DNA of 64,000 nt from Gemmatimonas sp. (GCA_965279375.1 OZ257156.1:2176001-2240000); one strand, 5' to 3'. Shown: positions 9,634-19,974, numbered from the stretch's first letter. Translations and numbers: made by a program. Notes: a model not told the origin generated them from the sequence alone.

Positions 9634-10540
9634 GCCACTCACCGCGCGCCGAACGGAGATAGCGCGTGCACGCGCATCGGAGACGGCTGACTCGCTGGCC
9701 GTCTTCCCGCGCGGTCTCGCGCCAGATGCGTCACGCGCCGAACGCACCACTGTCGTTCTGATTCCAGGGCCCGTTGGCTCGGCGTTTTCCATGCGCCACA
9801 TCACGGCGGCGCTGGCCGCGCAGGGCGTACCGTCAGTCGTCATCGATCCGCTGGGGATGGGCTCGTCGCTGCGTCCCGAAAAGGCCGACTACACGCTTAC
9901 GCGACAGGCGCTACGCATCGCGGCGGTACTCGACACGCTGCATGTCGGGCGCGTGTTGCTGGTAGGGCAGGGAACGAGCGCGACGGTAGCGCTGCATCTC
10001 GCCGCGGACAAATCGGCGCGAGTCGTGGGGGTTATTTCGCTGGCCGGTGGACCGGTCGATCAGCAGGGCACCAAAGGCGTCAAGCTGGCGCTCACCCTCG
10101 CGCCGTTGCTCGACAACGCCATCGGGCGCTCACTCGGTCGACGCAAATTCGTGGGCGCCGTGCGCGATCAGAGCGCCAGCGATGTCTGGTGCACGCCCGA
10201 GGTCGTGAAGGAGTATCTCCGCCCGTATGAACAGAATCTGCGTGGCTCGCTGCGCGCCTTGCGCGCGATGAGTGAAAGCGTGGAGCCCGCACCGATCGCG
10301 TCGCGCCTGCCGAGTGTGCGTGCGCCGGTGCGGTTGCTGGTGGGTGACAAGAAGTCCGCCAACTCGCCCACCGATGAACAGATTCGCGTGCTGCAGCGTG
10401 GACTCACGCAGTTTCGCGCGGACACCGTCCGACACGCCGGCACCATGCTCCAGGAAGAAGGTGCCGACGCGGTACTTCTCGCGATCAGTGAGATGCTGGC
10501 GGCGTCTCGTCTACCAGCTGCGCAGGAACTCCGCCGCTGA
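9581..10540 (+). CDS. Alpha/beta-hydrolase-fold protein with degenerate catalytic motifs
   Basis: IDPLGMGSS..P..DY fold signature. Nucleophile elbow reads VGQGTSA; His position reads AGTMLQEE. Signal-like start MRVFALVAVLSF. Confidence 0.75.
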   Translation: MRVFALVAVLSFVRPTHEPLTARRTEIARARASETADSLAVFPRGLAPDASRAERTTVVLIPGPVGSAFSMRHITAALAAQGVPSVVIDPLGMGSSLRPEKADYTLTRQALRIAAVLDTLHVGRVLLVGQGTSATVALHLAADKSARVVGVISLAGGPVDQQGTKGVKLALTLAPLLDNAIGRSLGRRKFVGAVRDQSASDVWCTPEVVKEYLRPYEQNLRGSLRALRAMSESVEPAPIASRLPSVRAPVRLLVGDKKSANSPTDEQIRVLQRGLTQFRADTVRHAGTMLQEEGADAVLLAISEMLAASRLPAAQELRR

Positions 10541-13051
10541 CATGCGCGTGGGGCCCGGGTACGGCACCTTGGGCCCCTTGATCGTCGCCCAGAGGATCTT
10601 GTTGAAGAGTGCCTCGTCCGCCACGTCTTCGTAGCGCAGGTCGAGCTTGCGAGAGTCCAGCGCGCCGGTGCCGCGCTGCGGATTGCGGTCGGTGAGCGGG
10701 ACGGTCGGACGCAGCGCCAGATACGGGCGTGTGTCCGGCGTCTCTCGCCAGATCTCGCGCAGTACGCGGCCGTAGTGATCGAACGGCGACAGTGCATCCA
10801 GACCAAGCAGCGCCTCCATCGTGGCGATGACGTCCGTGGTGTTCACGAAGCGATGCTGCACGCCGGCGCGCGTCCACGGCGAGATCACCATCAGCACCGA
10901 GCGGTGCGAGTCCACGTGATCGGGCCCTGCCTGCGCATCGTCTTCCAGCACGAACACTGCCGTCTTCTCCCAGAAGCGCGTCCTGGACAGCGCCTCGATC
11001 ATGCGCCCTAACGCCAGATCGTTGTCGGCCATGTAGGCTTGCGGCGTTGGCTTGCCGGCCGCTGCGCCCGAGGTGTGATCGTTGGGCAGCCGCACGATCT
11101 GCAGCTGCGGCATCGCGCCCTTGGCGTCGAACTGCTGCAGCTCGGAGATCCAGACATCGGCACGGCGCTGATCGCTGATGTCCATGTCGAAGCCCGGGAA
11201 CTCTCGGCTCGTGTTCTTGCGCAGGAACGGCTTGAGGCCGCTGTAGCCAGCGGGCGCCTCACCCTTCGCACCTTCGGGCTTCACGAACTCACCGTAGTTG
11301 CGGAAGGTGATCCCTTTGCGCTGCGCGAGGTCCCACAGATAGCCGTTTGCTGGCTCGGAGGCATCCTCATCGCCATCGTCCATCGGTACGCGACCACGAT
11401 TGGTCCCTTCGTAGTCATACGTGCGACCGCGCCCGCCGTAGTTGCTGCTGACGGTGCGCTGCAGATAGTCGGTAGTGTACGCGGCCATGCTCCAGTTGTG
11501 GCCGTCGGCGCTCACCTCGGCGTTCACGAAGAAGCGGTCGTAGAGCCCGAAGCGATCGGCGAGCGCGTGATGATTGGGCGAATTACTGCGCGGAAAGAAG
11601 AGCAACGTCGTGTCGCCATCGCCCTGCGGCATGTCGGCGAAAACCTGGTCGTACGTGCGATTCTCCTTGATCACGTAGATCACATGCTCGATGGGCGGCA
11701 TGCCGCTGCGGATGCTCGGCGCGTCCCAGTTGTTGGCGCGGGCGACGCGCGCCGAGAGCGCACTCAGCGACGCGCTGTCGAACATGGCCAGCGGCACGCG
11801 CGACAGCGTGCCGTCGTTCTGGGCCAGACTGTAGTTGAGGTTCCGCGCCGGTGTGGTGTTCCCCGTCGCGTTGGGCTGCGGCAATCCGGCGTTAGCGCGG
11901 GTACCGCGTCCCTTGGCGTCCACCACCATCAGGGTGTCGTTGACCAGGGCCAGCGCCGACGGATACCAGCCGACAGGAATCCGCCCCAGCAGTGAGTCGC
12001 GTGTGGCCGCGCCCGTCCCGGCCGTCGCGGCGCTGAGTTGAAAGAGGGCGACCGCGTTGTTGTCCCCTTCGCTCACGAAGAGTCGCGTGCCGTCGCGCGA
12101 GAGCTGCAGGGCGAGTGGCGTGCTGCCCTGGCCCAGGTTGGCGGGCGTGGGATCGTGCAGGGTGCTGACAACTTTCTGTGCGCGCGTGTCGATCACGCTG
12201 ATCGCGTCGGTGGAGGCGGATGCGGCAAAGAGGCGCGAACCATCAGCGTTGAGCAGCAGCGTGGATGGATGCCGACCCACATCGATGGGAGCGGTCTGAC
12301 GAATCCTCCCAGCGCCATCCGGCTCGTAGCGATGGACCTGTCGCGCGCCCCAGCTGGAGACGTAAACCGTGCTGTCCGGAGCCACCGCGATTGCGTACGG
12401 GTAGCGTCCCGCCATCAGTCGCTGTACCACCTTCCGCGTCGCAATTTCGACGACCGCGAGCGAGTCACTCAGGTTTTCGGCGACGAATAGGAATCGCCCA
12501 TCACGGCTCATCGCCAAACCGGCCGGGTAGCTCGTGCCCGCATCACGTGGCTTTTGTTTGGTACGCAGCACGATCGAGTCGCGCAGCGAGAGTCGCGCCG
12601 ATCGCCAGTCGTACGCGTAGACGACGTCGGTGTTGCCGCCGGACGCATACACGCTGCGGCCGTCTGGCGAGAAGGCGATGCCAATGAACGCCGCCGGTTG
12701 TTCCACCGTTTGCAGCACGCGTCCCGTGCGACGATCCACCACTTGCACGCCCTGCTGCCGCCATCCATTCAACACGAGCAGCAGCTGCGCCGAATCGGGC
12801 GAGAGCACGGCCGCCAGCGGGAAATTGCCAACGTCGGTGCGGGTGCCGACCGGATCGAGGCGCGCGCCGGTCGGCAGCCGTTTGGCCTCGTTGGCCGCAT
12901 CGGTGGAGGAGGCTGGTGCCGGCCGACAGCTGGCGAATGCGCTTATCAGGGTGAGCGTCGCAAGGGTGTGCGCAAGCAGGCGTCGGGTGCGCGCAGCGGC
13001 GCCGAACGGGAGGGCACGCGCAGGGCGCGGAGCGGACGAGAGTCTTTGCAT
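10511..13051 (-). CDS. YncE/YVTN beta-propeller + phosphoesterase/alkaline-phosphatase-superfamily lipoprotein
   Basis: YVTN-like repeats (VGRHPS, VGWYPS), then YVIKENRTYD, SADGH, LPNDHT, EDDAQAGPDHVDSHRS. Lipobox-like FASC. Confidence 0.85.
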   Translation of the reverse strand: MQRLSSAPRPARALPFGAAARTRRLLAHTLATLTLISAFASCRPAPASSTDAANEAKRLPTGARLDPVGTRTDVGNFPLAAVLSPDSAQLLLVLNGWRQQGVQVVDRRTGRVLQTVEQPAAFIGIAFSPDGRSVYASGGNTDVVYAYDWRSARLSLRDSIVLRTKQKPRDAGTSYPAGLAMSRDGRFLFVAENLSDSLAVVEIATRKVVQRLMAGRYPYAIAVAPDSTVYVSSWGARQVHRYEPDGAGRIRQTAPIDVGRHPSTLLLNADGSRLFAASASTDAISVIDTRAQKVVSTLHDPTPANLGQGSTPLALQLSRDGTRLFVSEGDNNAVALFQLSAATAGTGAATRDSLLGRIPVGWYPSALALVNDTLMVVDAKGRGTRANAGLPQPNATGNTTPARNLNYSLAQNDGTLSRVPLAMFDSASLSALSARVARANNWDAPSIRSGMPPIEHVIYVIKENRTYDQVFADMPQGDGDTTLLFFPRSNSPNHHALADRFGLYDRFFVNAEVSADGHNWSMAAYTTDYLQRTVSSNYGGRGRTYDYEGTNRGRVPMDDGDEDASEPANGYLWDLAQRKGITFRNYGEFVKPEGAKGEAPAGYSGLKPFLRKNTSREFPGFDMDISDQRRADVWISELQQFDAKGAMPQLQIVRLPNDHTSGAAAGKPTPQAYMADNDLALGRMIEALSRTRFWEKTAVFVLEDDAQAGPDHVDSHRSVLMVISPWTRAGVQHRFVNTTDVIATMEALLGLDALSPFDHYGRVLREIWRETPDTRPYLALRPTVPLTDRNPQRGTGALDSRKLDLRYEDVADEALFNKILWATIKGPKVPYPGPTRMSAAEFLRSW

Positions 13052-13141
13052 ACTGGAAGCTGCACTCGTCACGGCACCATCGTCGAGCGCGACCGCCATC
13101 CCGTGACCCGATTGGTCAACACGTGATAGAATTCCGATCCC

Positions 13142-13687
13142 ATGACCAGACCAGATGTGAATCGAACGGCCGCCCCGAACTCGAGGGGAAACAGTGCCGG
13201 AAGCAGTGCGGGAAAGTCTGCCGGTGCGGCGACCCGGTCCGCGCCGCCCAATTTGTCGCGCGCGACGCCGCTGCGACCCGCCACCTACGCGGGCATTGCT
13301 GCCGCAGTCACATCCATAGCCGCGGCGATCGTCATACGCGTCTCGCCGTCGGCCGAGTCGATTGTCGTACCAGCGCATCTGGCGCTGACCGTGCTGTTCT
13401 ATGCGACCGGTGGTGCGTTGGCCGCGCGACTGGGCGCCGACGGCTGGCGTGCCGGTCTGTTCGCCGGATTGCTGGATGCACTCATCGGGCATGCCATCGC
13501 GTTCTTCATTGCGGCGCCTCCCGAGGCCGGACGCGTGTCACTCCCGAACGGTGTCCAACCGACGCCGCAGGTCTTGGCCGGCGTGCAGCTCTGGGGCGCT
13601 GTACTGGGCGCCGCGATGGCGGTCGCCTTCGCGGCGGCGGCCGGCGCCGTTGGCGGCTGGTACGCAAAGCGAGCCCGCGCCAAGTAA
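13142..13687 (+). CDS. Hypothetical membrane protein
   Basis: About four hydrophobic segments; co-oriented with tlpA-like and EVE genes. Confidence 0.6.
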   Translation: MTRPDVNRTAAPNSRGNSAGSSAGKSAGAATRSAPPNLSRATPLRPATYAGIAAAVTSIAAAIVIRVSPSAESIVVPAHLALTVLFYATGGALAARLGADGWRAGLFAGLLDALIGHAIAFFIAAPPEAGRVSLPNGVQPTPQVLAGVQLWGAVLGAAMAVAFAAAAGAVGGWYAKRARAK

Positions 13688-13759
13688 CGCCAGTCGACGC
13701 CGTCGTCGCGACTGCTGATGCTGGCCGAGCGATGCCTGATCGATGGCCGAATAGAGACG

Positions 13760-14356
13760 ATGCACGAATCCGATTCCGCAGTGGAACCACTTGAGTCCCC
13801 CGCCAAGCGTCGGTGGCCGCACTGGACCACCCTGCTCGCGATCGGCGTAGGCCTCTGGGCGACCCCTCGACTGCTGCCGCACGTGGGCGCGCTGTTCGGC
13901 GTGCGTGCGGCCCAGACAATCGAACCACAGTTCAGCGTGCGCACGCTCACGGGAGACACGCTGTCCACCGCGCAGTGGCGCGGGCGCGTGGTGCTGGTGA
14001 ACGTCTGGGCGACATGGTGTCTGCCTTGTCGCGCCGAGATGCCGATGCTGGAGGCGACCTGGCAGCGGCATCGTGAGGCGGGGCTCCTGGTACTCGGCGC
14101 CTCGGTGGACAAGACCGGTGAAGACGGTGTGCGCGCCTTCGTGGAAGAGCGGGGAATCAGCTATCCGATCGCGGTGGTGGACGACGCCGTGGTCGGCGCG
14201 CTGGGCGGCGTGCTTGGTTATCCGACCTCGGTGTTGATCGGCCGCGATGGCCGCGTACGACATCGGGTGATGGGGCCGATCGGACCGCTGTCGCTGGAAC
14301 CGGCGATCCGGCGTGCGCTCGCCGAGCCGGTGCCGGTCGCAGACTCGACGCGCTGA
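13760..14356 (+). CDS. TlpA/ResA-family thiol-disulfide oxidoreductase
   Basis: NVWATWCLPCRAEMP, cis-Pro motif GYPTS, N-terminal membrane anchor. Confidence 0.9.
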   Translation: MHESDSAVEPLESPAKRRWPHWTTLLAIGVGLWATPRLLPHVGALFGVRAAQTIEPQFSVRTLTGDTLSTAQWRGRVVLVNVWATWCLPCRAEMPMLEATWQRHREAGLLVLGASVDKTGEDGVRAFVEERGISYPIAVVDDAVVGALGGVLGYPTSVLIGRDGRVRHRVMGPIGPLSLEPAIRRALAEPVPVADSTR

Positions 14357-14464
14357 CCAAGGGCACTCGCTCGGCGTCTGGCCGTTCGTCATCTTGAGCG
14401 GGTCATCGTGCATCATTCTGAACGCGTGACCGCCGTACCCAGAAGACAGCCTACGTCTCCACGC

Positions 14465-15127
14465 ATGCCAGCAAAGAAAGTCAGCGCGAAACCCAAGTCG
14501 GTCGCAAAGAAGTCGGCGGCCGGCAAGGCATCGGCGAAAACCGCTGCCTCGGCCCCCAAGGCCAAGACGCCAACGGCCAAGGCGCCCGCAGCGAAGAAGC
14601 CGCCGCAGTCGATGCCATATGATCAGGGGAAGTGGGCGCATGTTTTCGCGCGCACGGCCGGCGAGCGCCGCTACTGGCTCATCAAGTCCGAGCCCGACGT
14701 CTTTTCGTTCGACGATCTGCGTGCCGCCCCCCAGCAGACCACCTGCTGGGACAGCGTACGCAACACCGGCGCTCGCAACTTCCTGCGCGACGGCATGAAG
14801 CTCGGCGATCTCGCGTTCTACTACCACTCCAACGCGGAGCCGTCAGCGATCGTGGGCGTCTGCGAAGTGGTGCGCGAAGGCTATCCCGACGCGACCGCGT
14901 TCGATCCGTCGCACGACTACTACGACGCGGCATCAGATCCCGCGACGCCCACCTGGTTCATGGTGGACGTGAAGGCCGTCTCAGCGCTCAAGCGCCCAGT
15001 CACTCTGCCAGAGATCAAGGCCAGCACCGTGCTGGCTGAAATGGCGCTGATCAAGGTTGGCCGACTGTCTGTTGTGCCGGTGACCGAGGCCGAGTGGAAG
15101 ATCGTGCTGGAGATGAGCGAGAGCTAA
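14465..15127 (+). CDS. EVE-domain protein with Lys/Ala-rich N-terminal tail
   Basis: YWLIKSEP, WDSVRN..ARNFL, FYYHS, GRLSV motifs. First ~47 aa are K/A/P/S-rich. Confidence 0.9.
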   Translation: MPAKKVSAKPKSVAKKSAAGKASAKTAASAPKAKTPTAKAPAAKKPPQSMPYDQGKWAHVFARTAGERRYWLIKSEPDVFSFDDLRAAPQQTTCWDSVRNTGARNFLRDGMKLGDLAFYYHSNAEPSAIVGVCEVVREGYPDATAFDPSHDYYDAASDPATPTWFMVDVKAVSALKRPVTLPEIKASTVLAEMALIKVGRLSVVPVTEAEWKIVLEMSES

Positions 15128-15161
15128 GCCTGTTGCAGTCGCAGTTGTCGTTCGCGTACGC

Positions 15162-17294
15162 CTACGGCAACGCAAACGCCACGTACGTCCCGCCGCTCGG
15201 CGCGCCGTTCTTGCCGCCGCCGCACGCAATCACGATGTACTGCTTGCCGTCCACGATGTACGTGGATGGCGTCGCGTTTCCTGCAGCAGGCAACGTCGTC
15301 TGCCACAATAGCCGCCCTGTCGCCTTGTCGAATGCGCGGAACTTGTTGTCGTAGGTCGTCGCGCCAATCAGCAGCAGACCGTTCTCGGTGACGATGGCGC
15401 CGCCGTAGTTGTCTGTGCCGGTGTTGCGCACACCTTTGGCCGCCAGTTTCGGATACTCGCCGAAGGGAATCGACCAGCGAATCTTCCCCGCGTTCAAGTC
15501 GATTGCGTTGAGAGTGCCCCAGGGCGGCTTGATCCCCGGATAGCCTTCGTGGTCGAGGAAGATGTCGAAGTACGCCGTGCGATACGGCAGCGTGAACGGG
15601 CTCGTACCCACCGTCTTCACCGAGGAGTCCTTGCCCGTGATCAGGTAGTTCACGATGTCATTGATCGCACCGCCGTCCACCGCGCTCGCAAAGCCCGGCA
15701 TGCGTGCGCTGCCTTCACGAATGATCTTGAGCAGATCCTCGCGAGAGCGACGCGCGATGATGTTCTCGAGCGTGGGGCCGATCGCCGTGCCCTTGCGATT
15801 GTCGCCGTGACAGCCGGCGCAATTGGCCGCGTACAACGACTCGTCGCTGCGCGGCACCAGCTTGAGCAGCCACGCCATCTCGATCGAGTTCACGTACAGC
15901 AACCCCGTCTTGGGGTCGTACGCAGGGCCGCCCCACTCGCCGCCGCCGTCCACGCCGGGAAAGAGAATCGTCCCCTTGAGATTGGGCGGCTGAAACGGGT
16001 CGTCCGTCTTGTACTCGCTGAACGTCTTGAGCGCGGCGGCGTGCGCGGCCGGCGTGCGATTGGTGAGCTCAGCTCGCGTCAACTTCTGTCGCGCGAACGG
16101 TGGCGGTGACACCGGAAACGGCTGCGTCTTGCTCGGCACTTCACCGGGAAGACCGTTCGTCGGCACCGCGCGCTCTTCGATCGGAAAGAGTGGCGTCCCC
16201 TTCTCGCGCTCAAAGAGATAGACGTGCCCAGTCTTCGTGATCTGCGCGACGGCGTCCACCGGCTTGCCGTCGCGCTGCACCGTCACCAGCGTCGGCGCCG
16301 CGGGAAAATCACGGTCCCACAGATCGTGATGCAGCCCCTGGAAATGCCAGATGCGCTTGCCCGTGCGCGCATCGAGTGCGAGCACTGTGTTGGCAAACAG
16401 ATTGTCGCCCACGCGATTGGCGCCGTAGAAGTCGTACGACGCCGAGCCCGTGGCGGCAAAGACCATCGCGCGCTTGGGGTCGATCGTAACGCCACTCCAT
16501 GCGTTCGCGCCGCCAGAAATCTTGTACGCCTCGCTCGGCCACGTGTCGTAGCCAAATTCGCCCGGACGCGGGATCGTGTGAAAACTCCAGCGCAGCTTGC
16601 CCGTGCTGATGTCGTACGCGCGAATGTCGCCCGGCGCACTGGGCAACGCCTCGGGCACCGTGCTGCCGATGATCAGCATGTCTTCGAAGACCACGCCCGG
16701 CGTGCTCGCACTCACCGACAGTCCTTCGATCGGGCGATCGAGCCCCACGCGCAGGTCCACCCAGCCGCTGTCCCCGAAGGTTAGGATCGGTCGTCCTGTG
16801 GTGCGATTGAGCGCGTAGAGACGGTTGCGATAGTTGAAGATCACGCGGTCGCCCGTCACCACCACGCCGCGATGACGGAAGCGCGCGAGAGTGGGGCCCC
16901 CGTTCTGTGGATCGAAGCGCCAGAGCTGCTTGCCCGTGGCCGCATTGAGCGCGAACACCTGCATCTTGGGCGTGGTGGCATACAGAACGCCGTCGATCAC
17001 GATCGGATTCGCCTGCATCTCCGATCCCGGGAACTCGTCGTGTGTCTCGTACGTCCACGCCACTTTCAGACGACGCACATTGGCCGGCGTGATCTGGCTC
17101 AGCGTGCTGTAGTGGGTATGGTCATCGTTGCCGTGATACACGGGCCAGTCCGCTGACTGCACGGCGGCCTTGGGCGATGGTGCAGCGACTGGCTTGCCAC
17201 CCCGCTGCGCGTGGGCCAGTGCGGCGCAGGACGCCACCGCCAGAAGCGCAATACCGACGGGCGAACGGTGCGGTCGAAGACACGGGACGGGCAT
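15162..17294 (-). CDS. PQQ-dependent glucose/quinate-type dehydrogenase with embedded c-type cytochrome domain
   Basis: W-motif PQQ repeats, HHDLWDRD, GGGEWGG, PPWGTL. CAGCH haem motif near the C-terminus. Signal peptide. Confidence 0.88.
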   Translation of the reverse strand: MPVPCLRPHRSPVGIALLAVASCAALAHAQRGGKPVAAPSPKAAVQSADWPVYHGNDDHTHYSTLSQITPANVRRLKVAWTYETHDEFPGSEMQANPIVIDGVLYATTPKMQVFALNAATGKQLWRFDPQNGGPTLARFRHRGVVVTGDRVIFNYRNRLYALNRTTGRPILTFGDSGWVDLRVGLDRPIEGLSVSASTPGVVFEDMLIIGSTVPEALPSAPGDIRAYDISTGKLRWSFHTIPRPGEFGYDTWPSEAYKISGGANAWSGVTIDPKRAMVFAATGSASYDFYGANRVGDNLFANTVLALDARTGKRIWHFQGLHHDLWDRDFPAAPTLVTVQRDGKPVDAVAQITKTGHVYLFEREKGTPLFPIEERAVPTNGLPGEVPSKTQPFPVSPPPFARQKLTRAELTNRTPAAHAAALKTFSEYKTDDPFQPPNLKGTILFPGVDGGGEWGGPAYDPKTGLLYVNSIEMAWLLKLVPRSDESLYAANCAGCHGDNRKGTAIGPTLENIIARRSREDLLKIIREGSARMPGFASAVDGGAINDIVNYLITGKDSSVKTVGTSPFTLPYRTAYFDIFLDHEGYPGIKPPWGTLNAIDLNAGKIRWSIPFGEYPKLAAKGVRNTGTDNYGGAIVTENGLLLIGATTYDNKFRAFDKATGRLLWQTTLPAAGNATPSTYIVDGKQYIVIACGGGKNGAPSGGTYVAFALP

Positions 17295-17454
17295 GTTCGG
17301 AGATGCTCGGAGATGGTGAGAGCAGGGCGGAGCGCGACGCTGACGGCGGGGAAATATGCGTCTCGTACCGGATTCGGCACCTTCGACACGTTTGGTACAG
17401 ACCGACGCGAAACGGGGAGGTGTACGGGGGCGCATGTCGTGCACATCATTCGGC

Positions 17455-18576
17455 ATGCTTACCACCAATGAACTCGCGCGCCGCGCGATCGGATCCTTAG
17501 GGCTGGTCGCCCTCGTCGCTTGCGACAAGCAGCCCGCGCCCGACGCTACGTCGTCAGGCGCTGACACCGCGGCACCCGGCGCCCTCGCCGCCGATGCGCT
17601 CAAGCCGACCGTCGTGACGCAAACGACGGCGAACGATTCTGACGATCCCGCCATCTGGATCGACACCGTCGACGCCAGCCGGTCACTCATCGTCGGCACC
17701 GACAAGGGCGACACCACCGGCGGCCTCTACGTCTTCACTCTCGATGGTCGCATCGACTCGGCGCGCACCCGTCGGCCGATGAAGCGTACCAACAACGTCG
17801 ACATCATCAGCGGCGTGAAGCTGGGCGGCGGCCTGATCGACATCGCCGTCACGACGGAACGTGGCGCGCAGGCGCTGCGGATCTTCCGGTTGCCCGACAT
17901 GACGCCCATCGACGGCGGCGGCATTCGCGTATTTGACGGTGACTCAACGCGGGCACCGATGGGCATCGCGCTGTACAAACGGGCGACTGACGGCACGGTG
18001 TTCGCGATCGTTGGCGGCAAGAGCGGCCCCGCCGACGGCTACCTGTGGCAGTACCGCTTGGTGGATGCTGGCAACGGTACACTGCGTGGCGAGAAAGCGC
18101 GTGCCTTCGGTGCCTACAGCGGCAAGAAGGAGATCGAGTCCATCGCCGTTGATCAGCAGTTGGGCTACGTGTACTACTCCGACGAAACGATGGGCATCCG
18201 GAAGTACTGGGCCGATCCTGATCACGCCGACGCCAGCAAGGAACTCGCGCTCTTCGCGACGACTGGCTACGTGCAGGATCACGAGGGGCTCGCCATCTAT
18301 CCCACCAGCGACTCCACGGGATTCCTGCTGGGTTCGGATCAGCAGGGACGCCGCTTGCAGGTATTTCGGCGTGAAGGTGACGCCGGCAACAAGCACGCGC
18401 ACACGGTCATCGCAACGATCCCCGTTTCGGCGGAGGAAACCGATGGGCTCGACGTGACGTCGCACGCACTCGGCCCCAAGTTTCCCGAAGGCATTCTCGT
18501 CATGATGTCCACCGACAAGACCTTCCACATCTACGATTGGCGCGACGTCGCCAAGCGTATCGCTGCCGGGAAATAG
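17455..18576 (+). CDS. Beta-propeller phytase (lipoprotein)
   Basis: DSDDPAIW, GTDK, NNVD, EIESIAVD, DHEGLAIY, ETDGLDV motifs. Lipobox LVAC. Confidence 0.9.
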   Translation: MLTTNELARRAIGSLGLVALVACDKQPAPDATSSGADTAAPGALAADALKPTVVTQTTANDSDDPAIWIDTVDASRSLIVGTDKGDTTGGLYVFTLDGRIDSARTRRPMKRTNNVDIISGVKLGGGLIDIAVTTERGAQALRIFRLPDMTPIDGGGIRVFDGDSTRAPMGIALYKRATDGTVFAIVGGKSGPADGYLWQYRLVDAGNGTLRGEKARAFGAYSGKKEIESIAVDQQLGYVYYSDETMGIRKYWADPDHADASKELALFATTGYVQDHEGLAIYPTSDSTGFLLGSDQQGRRLQVFRREGDAGNKHAHTVIATIPVSAEETDGLDVTSHALGPKFPEGILVMMSTDKTFHIYDWRDVAKRIAAGK

Positions 18577-18584
18577 TCTCCTTG

Positions 18585-19913
18585 ATGCACCGATCGTCGT
18601 TGGCCGTGCTGGGTGTGACGCGTCGTGTTGCGGTAGCGGCCGCCGTCTGCGGTGCGCTGCCCATTTGTTCGGTGGCTGCACAAGTCGCCGACAGTGCCGT
18701 GAAGCTTGCCGTCACGCTCGATCGCGCCGATTGGGTCTATCGCATCGGCGACAGCGCCACGTTTCGCGTGACGCTGCAGCGCAACGGGCGTGACATCCCC
18801 AACGCGCAGGTGGTCGTGTCGATGGCGCAGGAGCGCATGAAGCCGATGCGTGTGGACACGGTGCGTGGTACGAACGAGGGCGTCATGCTGCGCGGCGCGC
18901 TCGGTGTGCCTGGTTTTCTGCGTGCGACGGCGACGGCCAGGGTGGATGGCGCGACGTACACCGGCATGGCGACCGCAGGCTTCAACGTGGAGGCGATCGA
19001 TGCCAGCATCGCGATGCCCGACGACTTCATGGCGTTCTGGCAGCAGGCCATCGCCGACGCCCGGCGGACGCCACTCGCGCCCATCATGACGCGTCGCGCG
19101 GATTGGAGTACGCCGGAGGTGGATGTGTACCACATCTCCTTTCAGAACCAGAAGCCGACGAGTCGCATCTACGGCATGCTGAGTGTGCCCACCAAGCCCG
19201 GGAAGTACCCCGCGATTCTGCAGGTGCCGGGCGCTGGCGTGCGACCCTACTACCCGAGCGTGGAAACGGCGCGTAAGGGTGTCATCTATCTGTCGATTGG
19301 TATTCACGGCATTCCCGTGGACCGTGATTCGCTGCTCTACAACGAACTCCGTGCGACGGCGCTCGAGTCGTATTTCGCGGCGGGTATCGAAGATCGCGAC
19401 AGGTACTACTACAAGCGCGTGTTCGTGGGCGTGGTGCGCGCTGGCGATTTTCTCTTTTCGCTTCCGCAGTTTGATGGCAGCAACTATGCGGTCACTGGCG
19501 GCAGTCAGGGCGGCGCGCTCACCATCATGGCCGGTGTACTCGATCCTCGGGTGAAGGCGATCGCGGCCAGCTATCCCGCCATGTCCGATCAGTTGGGCTA
19601 CCTGCGTGGCCGAGCCGGCGGATGGCCGCATCTCTTCGCCGACACCAGCAAGATGCAGGCGATGAAGGAGAAGCTCGTCGCGCTCGGATACTACGACACC
19701 GACAACTTCGCACGTCTGCTGAAAGTGCCCGGGATCTATGCCTGGGGTTACAACGATACGACCGTCCCGCCTACCACCTCGTATGCCGTGTACAACCTGA
19801 TCACGGCCCAAAAGGAAAAGGTGATCACGGTGGAGATGGGGCACCTGCGTTCGGCCGAGCAGGTTCGCGTGATGGACAGGTGGTTGATGCACAAACTCGG
19901 CGTTGGCAAATAG
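18585..19913 (+). CDS. Acetylxylan esterase / cephalosporin-C deacetylase (CE7-like)
   Basis: GGSQGG nucleophile, DTTVPP, terminal MGH. Signal peptide. Confidence 0.85.
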   Translation: MHRSSLAVLGVTRRVAVAAAVCGALPICSVAAQVADSAVKLAVTLDRADWVYRIGDSATFRVTLQRNGRDIPNAQVVVSMAQERMKPMRVDTVRGTNEGVMLRGALGVPGFLRATATARVDGATYTGMATAGFNVEAIDASIAMPDDFMAFWQQAIADARRTPLAPIMTRRADWSTPEVDVYHISFQNQKPTSRIYGMLSVPTKPGKYPAILQVPGAGVRPYYPSVETARKGVIYLSIGIHGIPVDRDSLLYNELRATALESYFAAGIEDRDRYYYKRVFVGVVRAGDFLFSLPQFDGSNYAVTGGSQGGALTIMAGVLDPRVKAIAASYPAMSDQLGYLRGRAGGWPHLFADTSKMQAMKEKLVALGYYDTDNFARLLKVPGIYAWGYNDTTVPPTTSYAVYNLITAQKEKVITVEMGHLRSAEQVRVMDRWLMHKLGVGK

Positions 19914-19974
19914 CAGCTGTGCCGCTGGATCGTAGCTCACGTATTCGCATACCTAACCAACGGAGACTTCGCAC

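Noticed and set aside
16300..16335. WDRD (D-x-D) as a lanthanide-binding signature in the PQQ enzyme
   Set aside because: HHDLWD-x-D is normal for the glucose/quinate dehydrogenase clade, and the adjacent-Cys motif of alcohol dehydrogenases is absent.
7078..17717. Long N-terminal extensions of the ORF-track calls 7078-9303, 10511-13492 and 15162-17717 (also 38663-40309 and 39444-40994)
   Set aside because: The extensions overlap better-supported neighbouring genes; downstream starts fit signal peptides and domain boundaries.
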